Source: Chara braunii
Taxonomy: Eukaryota > Plantae > Charophyceae
DNA length: 63,662 nt
Reading direction: 5' to 3'
NCBI GenBank assembly: GCA_003427395.1
Contig: BFEA01000010.1
Location: 4,275,057 to 4,338,718, forward strand
Positions 1-12,541 of the stretch are shown here, in pieces. The notes beneath the pieces were generated by a model. The model saw only the letters and a program-made list of their open reading frames with translations, had not been told where the DNA came from and ran no database searches. Position numbers and translations under genes: made by a program. Position 1 is the first letter of the stretch; every line of letters begins with the position of its first letter.

Positions 1-732
1 AAAAAGGAGAAAAAGAAAAAAAAGAAAAATAATAATAAAATGTTTGTTGCTTACCTGGGAACGGCGGCGACGAGGATCCAGGTAGCAACGAGGAGCACGG
101 CGTTGGCGGCGACAGTCTTGGCGATGACGATAACGACGTGGCAACGATGACGTGGCACAACGNCGATGGAGATCTTGACGATGATCACGTGGCACGGCGC
201 TAGAGGTCACGACGGCGATGGAGGAGCTTACTGCTCCGATACCAGTGTAACGGGAGCGAGGCTGAGGGAGACAGGAAGAGCCGAGGGAGAGGGGAGAGGG
301 AGAGAGAGAGAGAGAGAGTGAGAGCACACACACACACTCACTCACTCGACACGACTGAGGGTCGGACGCAGACACAGTGGCAAGGACACAAAGTCGAAGT
401 CTTGGATTCCGAATGCCGAAAACAGCAAGTCACACTGAGTACGAGTACAGCAGCAGAGAACTGGTACGAGACTGGTCCCCGTACTGTACGGGGCACCGGT
501 ATAAGTACCGGGTGTCCGCTACAGTACCGGGGCAAATCTGCAAAAGCCCCGAGGGCAGAACTGAAAAATGCAACATTTGAAAGTGGCGCCCGAACTGCCG
601 CATGGCGCCAATTGTCCAAAATCCGACGGTACCAAAGGAGGGGTTTGGAAAACGGGTGCCAGGCCAAAAACGTGATGCAGCAGAAACAGCAAAAAGTAGA
701 CTAGGGATCGAGCCTTGGTGGAGTCCGTAACA
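1..732 (-). mobile_element. 5' end of a minus-strand LTR retrotransposon (5' LTR 246-732, PBS, leader); continues left of the window
   Basis: Minus strand reads TGTTACGG(732)...CCGTTACA(246), then 1 nt, then TGGTATCGGAGC (233-244), a tRNA-iMet-type PBS. Sequence from 733 resumes mid-way through a different LTR. Confidence 0.8.
233..244 (-). promoter_or_regulatory. Primer binding site (tRNA-iMet type)
   Basis: gctccgatacca is the reverse complement of TGGTATCGGAGC, adjacent to the LTR end CA. Confidence 0.8.
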
Positions 733-1206
733 GCGCCAGACAGTTGGCACGCGCCAGTTGGTTACATCAGCCCTGCACGAATGGGAAAGATTTGTGAGCC
801 TTCCAGGCCATTGTTAACGTGGCCAAAGCAGGGGACATTGCCTAGGTGGTTGGCCATGCGTAACCAATTCGGTCCCGGGCCAGTGTCTGAACTGGCCTGG
901 GCGCAGACACTTTGGCCGAGACTGAAGCTACTGGAAACGTGGTGTCACGTGATGGAGGCAAGGCCAAAGCGCCCGACACTTTCCATATAGAAAAGGGTCG
1001 GGCGCCAGGGAAGGCATTCGACACATGCAAGCGCATGCGGAGCTGCCGCTGCGTGTGGGCAAGTGTGCGCGCGCGTGCGGTCATGCGTGACAAGCAGAGC
1101 GCCGCTGTGGGCAGCGCCTAGCCAGCCATAGTTGGGCTGGTCTTGGAAGAGGGTCAACAGAGGTGGTGGTGGTCTTCGTCTATGGGAAGGAGACGTGGGT
1201 CGATAA

Positions 1207-1299
<93 letters not shown>

Positions 1300-1354
1300 N
1301 NNNNNNNNNNNNNNNNNNNNNNNNNNNNNNNNNNNNNNNNNNNNNNNNNNNNNN

Positions 1355-1432
<78 letters not shown>

Positions 1433-1791
1433 GGATGATGATGTGAGGGTACGTACCTGGTCCTGGCGATTGTCTACAAGGGTCGACATGTTCATGTACT
1501 TCGGTTCTGCTGCTGACGTCAACAGTTGCATTGTCAATTCGTAGGTTGGTAGTAGCTGCGTGATAGTAGTCTGGGCGTCGAGCGCCAACTTGAAGTAGGA
1601 GAAGGGCTCTGGATAATTATGTTGTTGATGACGAGAGTATGCTGTCATTAACACTCAGATTCAGTGTTTTGGTTCTCCATTGGTGTAATATCCGTGCAAT
1701 TCTGCTTTGTGCACAGTGTCGGACTTCCTGACTTTCAATGTGATTTTGCAATCTGGAATCTGTCATTTCGCTATTGCTCATTTTCCTTGCA
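733..1791 (+). repeat. 5' LTR (first ~120 bp displaced by the nested insertion); contains (GA)n
   Basis: gcgccagacagttggc at 733 matches gcgccaggtagttggc at 9101. Ends ttccttgCA, followed by the PBS. Confidence 0.9.
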
Positions 1792-1794
1792 ATT

Positions 1795-1805
1795 TGGTAT
1801 CAGAG
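1795..1805 (+). promoter_or_regulatory. Primer binding site (tRNA-iMet)
   Basis: TGGTATCAGAG 3 nt after the LTR end. Confidence 0.9.
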
Positions 1806-3081
1806 TTGGCTCGAACCGCTCTGCTGGCTGCCTTCACAATAGTTGTTTGGTGCTTTGCTGGATAGTGGTGGGGCGGTGATAACGCTTGTGCGTCGGTGTG
1901 AGGCAGCCCAGGGTTGTGTGGGCGTGCCAAAAAGGTTATGTGGCAACATAGGGGTGCACGCAGGATGATGAGAGCTTGTTGAGGTGGTAATTTAAGCCGC
2001 GGTGGAACTGCATTGCATTGTGGGTTGTGTCGAGGCGTCGACCTGTCATCATAAATGCACGTTAGGTTATTGGTGAGAAATTTGTGGTTGCGGGCAGCAC
2101 AATGAGGTACGTTGCTCCTTACCTTATCTACCTTCTTCATTACTTCGTATCGTGAGGAAGTGAGTTCTGTCTTGAGAGTCCTCTCATTGTGAGGTGTTGC
2201 GATCGCTCAACCTTGAGAGTTGACATTCTTCTTGAGGAACATGCTGGTAGGAGACGGGCGTTGCCTCTGAAGGGTCCTCGACGAAGCACTCGGGTCACAA
2301 TCACCATGCCAACCCGTTGGGACTAGTACAGGCATGTTTTTTCGCTTGTACTTGGTTCTGCTTGCTGCACAATAGAGGAAACGTGGACTGACCAGTCCTA
2401 CATGAGACGCATACCAGACCGTCTATAAATATTTCTGGCGGATTTGAACTGAATCCTGGTTGTGATCGCCGTCCAATCTGCGACGTTAAATAATTCCTTA
2501 GGACGTTGGGGTCTGTCCTTAATCCGGCTCTTGATCAGCTAGATCAATCGGATGTAAGGGTTGTTGCACGCAAGGGTAAACAATGGGCAGGACTGGTCAT
2601 AAGCAAGTCCGTGGGCACAGGGGTGGGCCGATTCACACCTTCGGATACGCCGCTTAACCAAAGCTTCCGGATGTCGACATCAAGAGACTACTCAAGAAGG
2701 ATACAAGGGGAGGGAAGCTACCAGTAAACAATTCAATTAGTTATTAGTACTTATTATTGCAAAATTTCATTCTGTATGCACAACTGGCAAATAATTTTAT
2801 TTGATTTTTGATTAGTTAGTTGTGACAGACACTGCTAACAAATAACAGACAACTGCAGATAGGTAGTACATATCCCTTGCTGCATTGCAATCTGTCTCAG
2901 ACTAGTCAAAAGTAGAATAGAGTTGTTTGTAGGAATCTGATATTATCTGTTGTTACCGCTTGACTACTTTCGGACAAAATTGGACCGAATGTTTATTTTA
3001 TTTTATTTTAATCGGTTGGTTGCCATGTTGCGGTAGGTCCCAACGAGGACACTAGTGCAGATCCTTGACCACACGTAGCTC

Positions 3082-5003
3082 ATGAGTGGAGATGACAGTG
3101 GGATTGAGGGACTAGACCAAGATGATAGGAGGCTTACCCGGACATGTGCACTCATTCGGCCAACCATTTTCCTTGTGTTAGGACACCGAGAGGAAAGGAG
3201 ATTGCGGAGAGAAGCCAGGAAAGTACAGCATTGGAAAGGGCTAGGGAACCAGCAGCCAACGTCGAAAGGGCCCCAGTAGCAGCATTAGCAATAGACACTA
3301 GAGTCAACGTCGAGGCAGCCATGGCTACCGCCTCTACCATGTGACAGGGCTCATCTCAGGCCTCTTCGTCAGGTGTGAGTCAGGGTGTCTCCCAAGTTTC
3401 CGTTAGTCAGTCTGCTGGCTTCCACGTCAACCAGCAGCAACCCATGTCAGAAGAGGATTATCAGATCCAATAGGCGGATGCCCTCCACATAGAGTTACGG
3501 CGCCAATTGCAGGAGGTAGAAGATAGGAGAGATGGAGCTAGACTTAGAAAAGTTAGAATAGAGGCATAAGGAGAGGAATTAGGCAAGTTAGAAGCTATAG
3601 ATGAGTCAGATGTCGATCCTGTAACATGGTCCCTTCAGATATCCCTACTGAGTGTAGTCGAGTTACAAGTTGTGCAGCAAGAGATGTTGGCTGCATTGAT
3701 AGTTGGTCAGAATCAAATTTTGACCACACTGCGTACGCCACGACCTACGGTTGCAGGTCCCACAGTGACTCCGCGCCCGGTAGGGCAACCCTTTTCTCCT
3801 CTGTTTGGCATGCCCCTATCAGGTGGTCTAGTAGTAGGTAGTAGTGGGTAGATTTCCATACCTCTTCGCTTCCACAGTCAGCGGCTGCGACTACAAGACA
3901 ACCGCATGTACAGCAGCCTGGGCAACATTTACCCCTGCAGCGACCGGTCCATTGGTTTCACAACCAATGCAGCAGGCACAAGGTGGACCACCAAGATACC
4001 CTTGCTGAGTCCTAAACCCTTCTCTAGCGACAAGAAGAAGGAAGAGGACCTCGACACCTTGGTGAGGACTGTGCCTACTTATGTGAGGCATGAGCTCACA
4101 AGGAAAAAAAAGAAAGTTATAATCGCTGCATCCTTTCTAGAAGGATCTGCTACCAGATGGCTGAATGGATTAGTACAAGAACAAAGATACAGTCAAAATT
4201 TCGATGGCTGGGCACATGCCTGAACATTGGAAAAGTTCGTACGCATGGTCTATAATAGGGGGCATGACCCCCAAGGGGCTTGGAAGGCCACCGATTCGCT
4301 AGCTAGTCTAGGATCAAAAAGATACCAGACAATTCGCGAAGTTAAAGACGTCGTAGAGCGATTGATTGTTGTTCCTGGTATACGGTACGATCCGCAGGTT
4401 CTCCTCACAACTTATTTGCGATGTCTGCCTACAAATGTCAAAAGTAAGTTGGTTGACGAGGCCTCCATAGATGTACATAACTTCACCTCGTTCAGCAAGA
4501 AAGCCTTAGACATAGAGGCTAAGCTTGGGAGTGCCCAGCAGGAACCGGCAGATGGAAGGAAGAAGAAGCTTCCTTAGGACTGGATAAAGAAGGGCAACCT
4601 CATGTTCGTTGACCACGATGGTTAAGTAATTAAGATTGACGAATTCTCTGGCCTTGGGGAAGAAACAAAGGTAGATGGGGGTGGAGACACTTCAGATGGT
4701 GGAGTGGTCGCTCCTGTCAAGGAAAAGACTAAGGGGGCCGAAAAACAAAAGACAGGTCGGCCTGAGGGTCAATATGACCAAGGTACACCCATATGGGTAA
4801 AGCTTGGTTTAGAGTATGAAGTGTGGCAAGACAGCGTTGCACGAGGCGCTAGCCTGAAGTGTGGCCAGTATGGTCACACTATGGTTAAATGCAAGAGTAA
4901 GTGGGTCGCCACAAAGGTCATGTCCTCAATAGTGACAGTTGGATCTTCAAACTCTGGTGGTGCTTCTGCGAGCACTTCGCAGGGAAATAACTCGGGGCAG
5001 TAG
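3082..5003 (+). pseudogene. gag: gag of the chromovirus-like element (disrupted)
   Basis: Retrotransposon gag-like segment (IIAASFLEGSATRWL) and a degenerate knuckle (S)LKCGQYGHTMVKC at ~4850; multiple stops. The start is approximate. Confidence 0.75.
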
Positions 5004-8000
5004 GAATGTTAGTTGCTCTTACTCATGCTGAAGTGGTAACTTTACCTTCTCAATTTTAGACGAAGGCCAAGGGTATTGATCCATCGATCGCTCCACAGAC
5101 AGATCTAGACCAATCGATGCTCTGTTCGATGGATGTGTCTAAGTCCTTAGTGGATTTAGAAATCGAGTGGTTAGAGAAAGACCCTAGAGGCTCCTTGGCG
5201 ATGTTGAACAAAGGTCCGAAAGGTGAACACTTCGTGGTATAAGTCAATGTAGGCGCCTTCGCAGACATAGGTTCTACGCGAAACTTCATTAGTCGTGCTT
5301 GTGTGGACATGTTGCGCTTAGGGGACCAAGTGCAACGACTTAGCAAATTTGTAGCATCCACCTTAGCCAACAAGCACTCTATGGTTGCAAAGGACTATGT
5401 CAAGGATGTAGTCTGCACCTTATCCTATGGAGCAGGGGAACGGAGACATAAAATCTCGTTCCTTGTTAGCGACGAGTGTCCAGCTGCCATTCGACATATT
5501 ACTAGGCATGTATTACCTCGAGGTTGTACAACCTCAGTTCGATTGGGATAGGAAGGTGATGAGCCACAAGTCGTCAGATGAAAGGACTGTTAGGCCGCAA
5601 AAGTTTAAGGCTAGAAGACTAGTGCAGAACTACGGTTGCATGTGCGTGTTGTCTTTCTATAACGACTACAAGCAAAATCACGAGGAAGGCATGTACGTAG
5701 TCTTTGTCTCTGAGATAAAGGAGGGTGTAAAATCATCCCCAGAGATAGAAGCATTCATTGCAGAGTATTCAAACCTTTTCAAGGAGTTTAGGGGTGTGGT
5801 GGAAAGGGAGATTGTCAATGCAATACAAGTCGTTCCCGATAACAAAGTACCTAGGGGACAAATCTATCGGATTTCTCCTGCAGAGTTAGATGAGCTTTGC
5901 CTCCAACTCAAGGAGATCACAGAGAAGGGCTGGATTCGGCCAAGTGCGTTCTCCTACGGAGTGTCATCACCGTTAAGAACGCAGAGCCCCTACCACACAT
6001 TGACGACCTCTTGGATAGAGTGCAGGGATGCTAGTATTTTACTAAGATGGATTTAACGTCCGGATACCATCAGATTGCCATTCGACATGAGGACCAGCAC
6101 AAAACCACCTTTCAGACCACGTACGGTGTGTACGAGTTTGTGGTGATGCCCTTTGGCCTATACAATGCTTCTGGGACATTCTAGCACAAAATGAACCAGA
6201 TATTTCATGAGTACTTACACAAGTTTACCATCGTGTACCTCGATGATATTCTTATATTTAGTAAGACTGTGGAGGAGAATGAGCACGTGAAAACAATGCT
6301 AGGTCTCCTAAGACCACACAAGTACAAGGTCAACTTGGAGAAATGCGAGTTTGGTCGCACCAAGATCTTGTATCTGGGTCATGAGATTTTTGCGGATGGT
6401 TTGAGGTCGGATGATGCTAAAGTGGCCAGCATACGTGACTGGCCCAGACCTCTGTCAGTGATTGAGGTGAGGTCATTCTTAGGGATGCCATGCTATTATC
6501 ATCCATTTGTGAAAAATTGTAGCACAATAGCCTCCCCACTAACTGACCTCACACACCTTAACCCCCCTTGGGAGTGGACCGAAGAGTGTGATGCAGCCTT
6601 CAAGAGATTGAAGTATACCCTTACGAGCTACGAAGTCCTCAAGCCTCCGGATCTTGAACAACCCTTTGTTGTCACCACAGACGCCAACCAATATTGCATA
6701 GGCACTGTCCTTGCACAAAAGGAGGGGAAAAAGTTGAGGTCGATCGAGTATATGAGCAAAAATATACCACCTCATAAATTAGCTAAGTCCACGTACGAGG
6801 GTGAGCTCTATGCCCTCTATAGAGCGCTGGTCAATTGGAGCCACTACCTCCTAAGCAGATTCTTTTATGTGAGATCTAACAATGAGACGTTGTGCTGGAT
6901 CAAGACACAGCCTGTGCTCTCTGACGCAATCAAGAGGTGAATTGAAGTTAAAGACATGTATAACTTCAAGCTCGACCCTCTAAAGGGAGAGTACAACAAA
7001 GTGGTTGACACACTATCGCGAAGGGAAGATTATCTGAGCGTGCTAGCGACTGAGTTTGGAATATCTGACGATATGACTCGATCTATGGTGGAAGCCTATC
7101 GAGGGACACAGTCATGTTTGAGATCATCCATAAACTGGAAGCTAAAGACAAAGCTATTTCCGACGAGTTTGTGTCGATTGCCGGCTTGCTGTTCCTTGAG
7201 AAGGCTGAGAATAAACGTTTGTGTGTACTGATTAAAAAGTCTTTGCGTACTATTTTTAGGAGAGTGCCACGATGCGACTGGTCATTTTGGCTATAAAAGG
7301 ACAACAGTAAACTTAGTGCAGAAATTTTGGTGGCCCGCAATGATGGATGATGCGAGGAAGTATGTAAAAACTTGTCAGGTTTGTCAGCGTGACAAACCAC
7401 GGACGTAGGCACTACTTGGGCTTATGAAGCCCTTGCCCATCCCTGCTGGTCCAGGTCAAAATTTGTCCATGGATTTCATGGATACCCTTGTGATCAGCAA
7501 GAGCGGCAAACGACACATCTTTGTCATTGTGGATAAATTCCTAAAGTATTCTAGACTAATCGCTATGCCTGAGACAGCTAGGACTGACCACGTCCTGAAG
7601 CTATTTATGGATAACGAGGTACATGACATTCGTCTCCCTAAGTCTATTGTAAGCGACAAGGATGTTAGATTCACTAGTGAACTGTGGCAAAGTATGGCTC
7701 AACAGATGGGTACCTGACTGCAAATGACATCAGGGAACAACCCTGAGTCAAATGGTCAGGCCGAACAGATAAACCGGGTAGTGCAACACTTGCTTCAGCA
7801 TTATATTAAACCAAGTCAGGAGGACTGGGACGAGAAGTGACCCCTCATCGTCAGCCTGTACAATAACGTCGCGCACAACACTACCGATACGACTCCCAAC
7901 CAACTGCATCTTGGTTGGAAGCCCAAATTTGCATTAGACTTACTGTTGCCTGAAAATCAGCCAACTGCAACCCTTGGCTGCATAGAGTTTGCTGTCAAAT

Positions 8001-8598
8001 ATGAACATAAGCTAAGATGCTGCAGCAGGCTGTAGAGCACATCAAGAAAGCTCAAGATGTCATGGTTCCATCTGAGAACAAACACAGACGACCATGTGAG
8101 TTTCAGGCAGGTGAACGAGTTTCGGTAAAGTCATCTGAGTTGGGGCAAGAATTAAGAATCTCACGTAAGTTAATGCCATAGTACTTCACCCTCTAGGAAG
8201 TTCTTGATATAGTTGGAGATCAACCAGATGGGCCATCATACGTCATTCGCATGCCTGGACACCTACATACCCACCCTGTCTTCCATGCATCAAAGTTGGC
8301 ACCTTTCTCTGCCACTGATCAGTTTCTCTCCAGGAGATCGATACTGCCCCCAACCATGGACGGACATGTGGACATTGACGACATCGTTGGTTCGTTGAAC
8401 ACAAGTTGATGCCTGTGCCCAAGCCTCCAGGCAGAGGACGTCCCCTGAAGCCACAGGTGCAGTACCGGGTGCGGTTCAGACACCACACTGATCCTCAAGA
8501 AGATCGATGGTTCACAAGAGAAGAATTCATAAGGACTGCTCCCCCAAATTATCTCGAATTATGAAAGAAATTTGAAAGGGAAGCAGCCTGCTACATAA
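4991..8598 (+). pseudogene. pol: pol (PR-RT-RH-IN-chromodomain), disrupted
   Basis: Protease FADIGSTRNFIS (~5260), [11 protein letters not shown] and VYLDDILIFS (~6235), RNase H FVVTTDAN/YEGELYA, integrase SMDFM/IVSDKDVRFTS, and a chromo-like QYRVRF...EDRWF (~8460-8515). Confidence 0.92.
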
Positions 8599-9220
8599 TA
8601 ACTTCTCATAGGACTATCAAAGTAAAAAGGGAGGGATTGTGAGGGTTTGACCCCTTGACATACGGCCCTGCAATAGGCGCGTGCCCGCGCTAAGTAAAGG
8701 CAGCCCCCCTGAATCTGAATGCGCCCTGAACTCGTCAATTTTTGCAAATCTTGGTCAGCGTCAGGCAGTTGGCACCACCAGTTGGTTACATCCACTTTTC
8801 ACGTGAGAATGGGAAAGATTCGTGAGCCTTCCAGGCCGTTCTTAACGTGGCCAAAGTAGGGGACATCGCACGTTCGTACTGCTCCCCCAAATTATCTCAA
8901 GTTATGAAAGAAATTTGAAAGGGAAGCAAACTGCTACATAATGACTTCTCATAGGACTATCAAAGTAAAAAGGGAGGGATTGTGAGGGTTTGTCCCCTCG
9001 ACATACGACCCTGCAACAGGCGCGTGCCCGCGCTAAGTGAAGGCAGGCCCCCTGAATCTGAATGCGCCCTTAACTCGTCAATTTTTGCAAATCTTGGTCA
9101 GCGCCAGGTAGTTGGCATGCACCAGTTGGTTACATCCACCCTTCACATGAGAATGGGAAAGATTCGTGAGCCTTCTAGACCGTTCTTAACGTGGCCAAAG
9201 TAGGGGCCATCGCACGTTCG
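8535..9220 (+). repeat. 343-bp tandem duplication covering the pol end, PPT and LTR start
   Basis: actgctcccccaaattatc at 8535 and 8878; PPT plus TGTGAGGG at 8638 and 8981. Confidence 0.9.
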
Positions 9221-9623
9221 TGCTTGGGTGGTTGGGCATGCCTAACCAAATACGTCCCAGGCCACTGTCTGAACTGGCCTGGGCGCAAACACTTTGGTCA
9301 AGATTGAAGCTACTGGAAACACGGTCTCACGTGATCGAGGCAAGGCCAAAGCGCCCGCCCCTTTCTATATAGGAAAGGACCAAGTGCCAGGGAAGGCGTT
9401 CGACACATGCAAGTTCACGCGGAGCTGGTGCTGCGCTAGTGTGTGGGCAAGTGTCGGTCGTGCGTGACAAGCAGGGCGCTGCTGTGGGCAGCGCCATAGC
9501 CCATAGTCGGGCTGGTCTTGGAAGAGGGTCAACGGAGGTGGAGGTGATCTTCGTGTATGGGAAGGAGACGTGGGTAGATAAGACGAGAGAGAGAGATATA
9601 GAGATACACACACACACACACAT

Positions 9624-9700
<77 letters not shown>

Positions 9701-10200
9701 NNNNNNNNNNNNNNNNNNNNNNNNNNNNNNNNNNNNNNNNNNNNNNNNNNNNNNNNNNNNNNNNNNNNNNNNNNNNNNNNNNNNNNNNNNNNNNNNNNNN
9801 NNNNNNNNNNNNNNNNNNNNNNNNNNNNNNNNNNNNNNNNNNNNNNNNNNGATGATGTGAGGGCACGTACCTGGTCCTGGCGACTGTCCAGAAGGGTCGA
9901 GATCTTCATGTACTTCGCTTTTGCTCTTAACGTCAACAGTTGCATTGTCAGTTCGTAGGCTGGTAGTAGCTGCATGATAGTAGTCTGGGCGCCAAGCGCC
10001 AAGTAGGAGAAGGGCTCCGGATACTTATGTTGGTGATGGCGAGAGTATGTTCCCATTAACACTCGGATTCAGTGTCTTGGTTCTCCATTGGTGTAATATC
10101 CATGCAATTCTGCTTTGTGTACAGTGTCGGACTGTCTGGCTTTCAATATGATTTTGCAATCTGGAAACTGTCATTTTCGCTATTGCTCATCTTCCTTGCG
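8981..10200 (+). repeat. 3' LTR of the chromovirus-like element; contains (CA)n(GA)n and an N gap
   Basis: Begins TG after the PPT aaaaagggaggga; colinear with 733-1791; ends ttccttgcg. Confidence 0.9.
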
Positions 10201-12460
10201 CAGAGGAGGTCATCCAAGTGTGCTCACTTTTCGCTGACGATCTCTCCCTATAGATAGATGCTACCTCTAGTAGCCCAGAAGATGTCATGAAAATGATGGA
10301 CAAGTTTTGACAGCTCTCAGACACGACAATTAACTAGGGGAGCAGAACACTAGGATGGTGGATGAATCATCAAGGAGTAAGACCCCTAGAATTCTCGAAC
10401 ATCGAGTGGCTTGCCACAGATGAAGCAACCCGGGTATTGGGGACCACACTAGTGTCGTCACAGAAGCCCATAGATAATGACTAATGGTGCCTCAAACCAA
10501 CACTCAAAAAATGTATGAGGCGAAATCATAAACACACTTCCATACTTGGGAGGGTCTTAGTAATCAATAACTCGTCATTTGGAACCCTATCGTATAGGTT
10601 GATATTATGGGCTCCCTCCAAGAAAGCATTATCCTCACCAAAGAAACATATTGCAACATGTCTAAAGGGGGAATAAATACAAAGGAAGAAAATGCAATCA
10701 ATAGAGTGGCTTGGCATACAGTGACTCGACCCAAGGCCAGAGGTGGCTTAGTTGTACCGGACACAACTACACAACTTGAAGCGCTCTCCCTCAAATAGAT
10801 TCACAAACTATGTTTTGATAGCCCCTCTAACTCAAGAGATTAGGCCCCAAAACCCCTGAGGGGGTGAACCCCCTCATACTGTTACAAGATAGGTACTGGG
10901 CTATTCCAAACAGACCTTACAAGACAATCCAGGACACTCCAAGATGCAGAGTGATGGGAGACCTGCTATTTGTCAGCTCAATGTGTATTTCAGGGGACGC
11001 TGGAGCCGTTTTCCAGCAGGTGATGCTCCCACCAATAGACTGGAGCCCCATGTGTGACAGGTAGGAGTGTATGCTCTTACCATCACTCCTATCTGTTAGG
11101 ACTGGTTAATTAAAAACCCTCTGGCTCTCCCCCCGTTCATACATGGAGAAACTTACCCATCCTACATAAATACATGGAGAGTGATTGGAGACCTGCAAAG
11201 GGATCCCTCTGATTCTCTCTGGTTCACACATGGAGAAAGTTACCCATCCTAGAGAAATACACACCCATGAGATGGGAAGTGGTAATGCGGCAACCCCTCT
11301 TTGGGAACATAAAAACCATGAACCAAAACAGCCAAACCTTCCCTAGCCATGAGTTACTTGAAACAATTGGCTTAAAAGAAGAGCCTTTAGGATAAAAGAC
11401 ATCTGGGATAAAAACAAGAGGACCTGAAAATCCAAAGAAGACCTAGAAGTGACCCTCAGATATTGGCATAATCTCAAGGAGAGTGGATGAGTTGATGGTG
11501 ACAACTGGAATGGCAGGCAATACTAAAAGGGGGACTCTCATTCAGAGAAGGAGATTGAGTGGGTGCAATGTAACTGGAAGGGAAAGTTGGTAGAGTGCAA
11601 ATAGTAAGCGAGAAATTCATACTAGTGGAACCATGGCAAGTCCAGGAAGGGGGCACACTAGCGGCACTCCTCGCTCCAACCCATTTTGCTGGGTCGAAAA
11701 GGGAAAGGCATGGAGGGTGAGAGGGCAATTAAAAAATGACAATTGGTCTCTTCTGCAAGGGTGAACAAATTAAGAACCAATCTATCGGCCCTGACGAATG
11801 AAAGTGCATGAGAAGAGGGAAAAGGCCCAGGAATCTAGGGTGGACCTTTTCAGAATAAAGGCCAAGACCACCTCTAAGATGCTATTTGAAAAGAGGAACT
11901 TGGTGGACCAGGTTAAGGACCACTGGGCAAAATACCTGATTCTTGACAGAAATTGCCTTCCAGGAATCTGCTTCTTCACAAATTATAAGAGTAAACAAGC
12001 AAAGGCCTCAACCCTCCAGTGGCAGTTAGCCCACAAGTGCTTACCTAAAAGAGACTGGTGGACGTATCATACGTACCTTGAGAATAAGGGTATTTTTTTG
12101 CCTTGGTACAAGTACTCCAACCAGGATTCCCTCACAGGAAAATCAGGGCAACAATAAAGAACTTGTACCTCACCTGCCATCAAGGTTGTACTCTTATGGA
12201 GATGGTGGAGTAGAATACGGGGATGGATGACGGGGGAACCAAACTGGCCTTGGAATTGGAAGACCATATTATTAGCACACTATCCAAAACACAGGGGAGG
12301 AGGGTTTACAACCAACTGGTTGTACCTGGCCAGGAAGGCGGTATTATGGGGTATATGGACCATAAGATGTTTCACCAATAATGAGAGGATGTCATACTGG
12401 AGGGACCACAAGTAAACGAAACAATTCCATAATTCATCCAGTCTAATATACTAATGGAAT
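10201..12460 (+). mobile_element. L1/Tx1-type LINE ORF2, C-terminal half (degenerate)
   Basis: CSLFADDL at 10221-10244, SILGRVLVINN at ~10540 and VAWHTVTRPKARGGL at ~10705 are typical non-LTR RT/post-RT motifs; many stops. Confidence 0.85.
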
Positions 12461-12467
12461 AAAAAAT

Positions 12468-12541
12468 GTCCCGCATGACATCCGTTAAAATTGGAACGAT
12501 ACAGAGAAGATTAGTATGACCCCTGCGCAAGGATGACACGT
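12468..12541 (+). pseudogene. U6: U6 snRNA retrocopy, 5' part
   Basis: gtccc...gacatccgttaaaattggaacgatacagagaagattagtatgacccctgcgcaaggatgacacg matches plant-type U6, including the ACAGAGA box. Preceded by the TSD aatatactaatggaat (12445-12460). Confidence 0.93.

Larger units (their letters stand above)
733..10200 (+). mobile_element. Degenerate Ty3/Gypsy LTR retrotransposon (chromovirus-like)
   Basis: Paired LTRs (733-1791 vs ~9101-10200), PBS TGGTATCAGAG, gag, PR-RT-RH-IN order, chromodomain-like C-terminus, and a PPT before the 3' LTR. Confidence 0.93.

Noticed and set aside
1154-1654. RE/SL-repeat proteins (also near 9327-10062, 22317-22707, 38639-39443) and poly-F/K ORFs (17628, 56715)
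   Set aside because: These are translations of microsatellites, homopolymers and gaps.
12468-12541. Functional U6 gene, or U6-LINE chimera / U6-targeting LINE
   Set aside because: U6 has its own tail and 16-bp TSD inside the LINE, substitutions in conserved positions, no recognisable upstream promoter, and is split by an LTR element.
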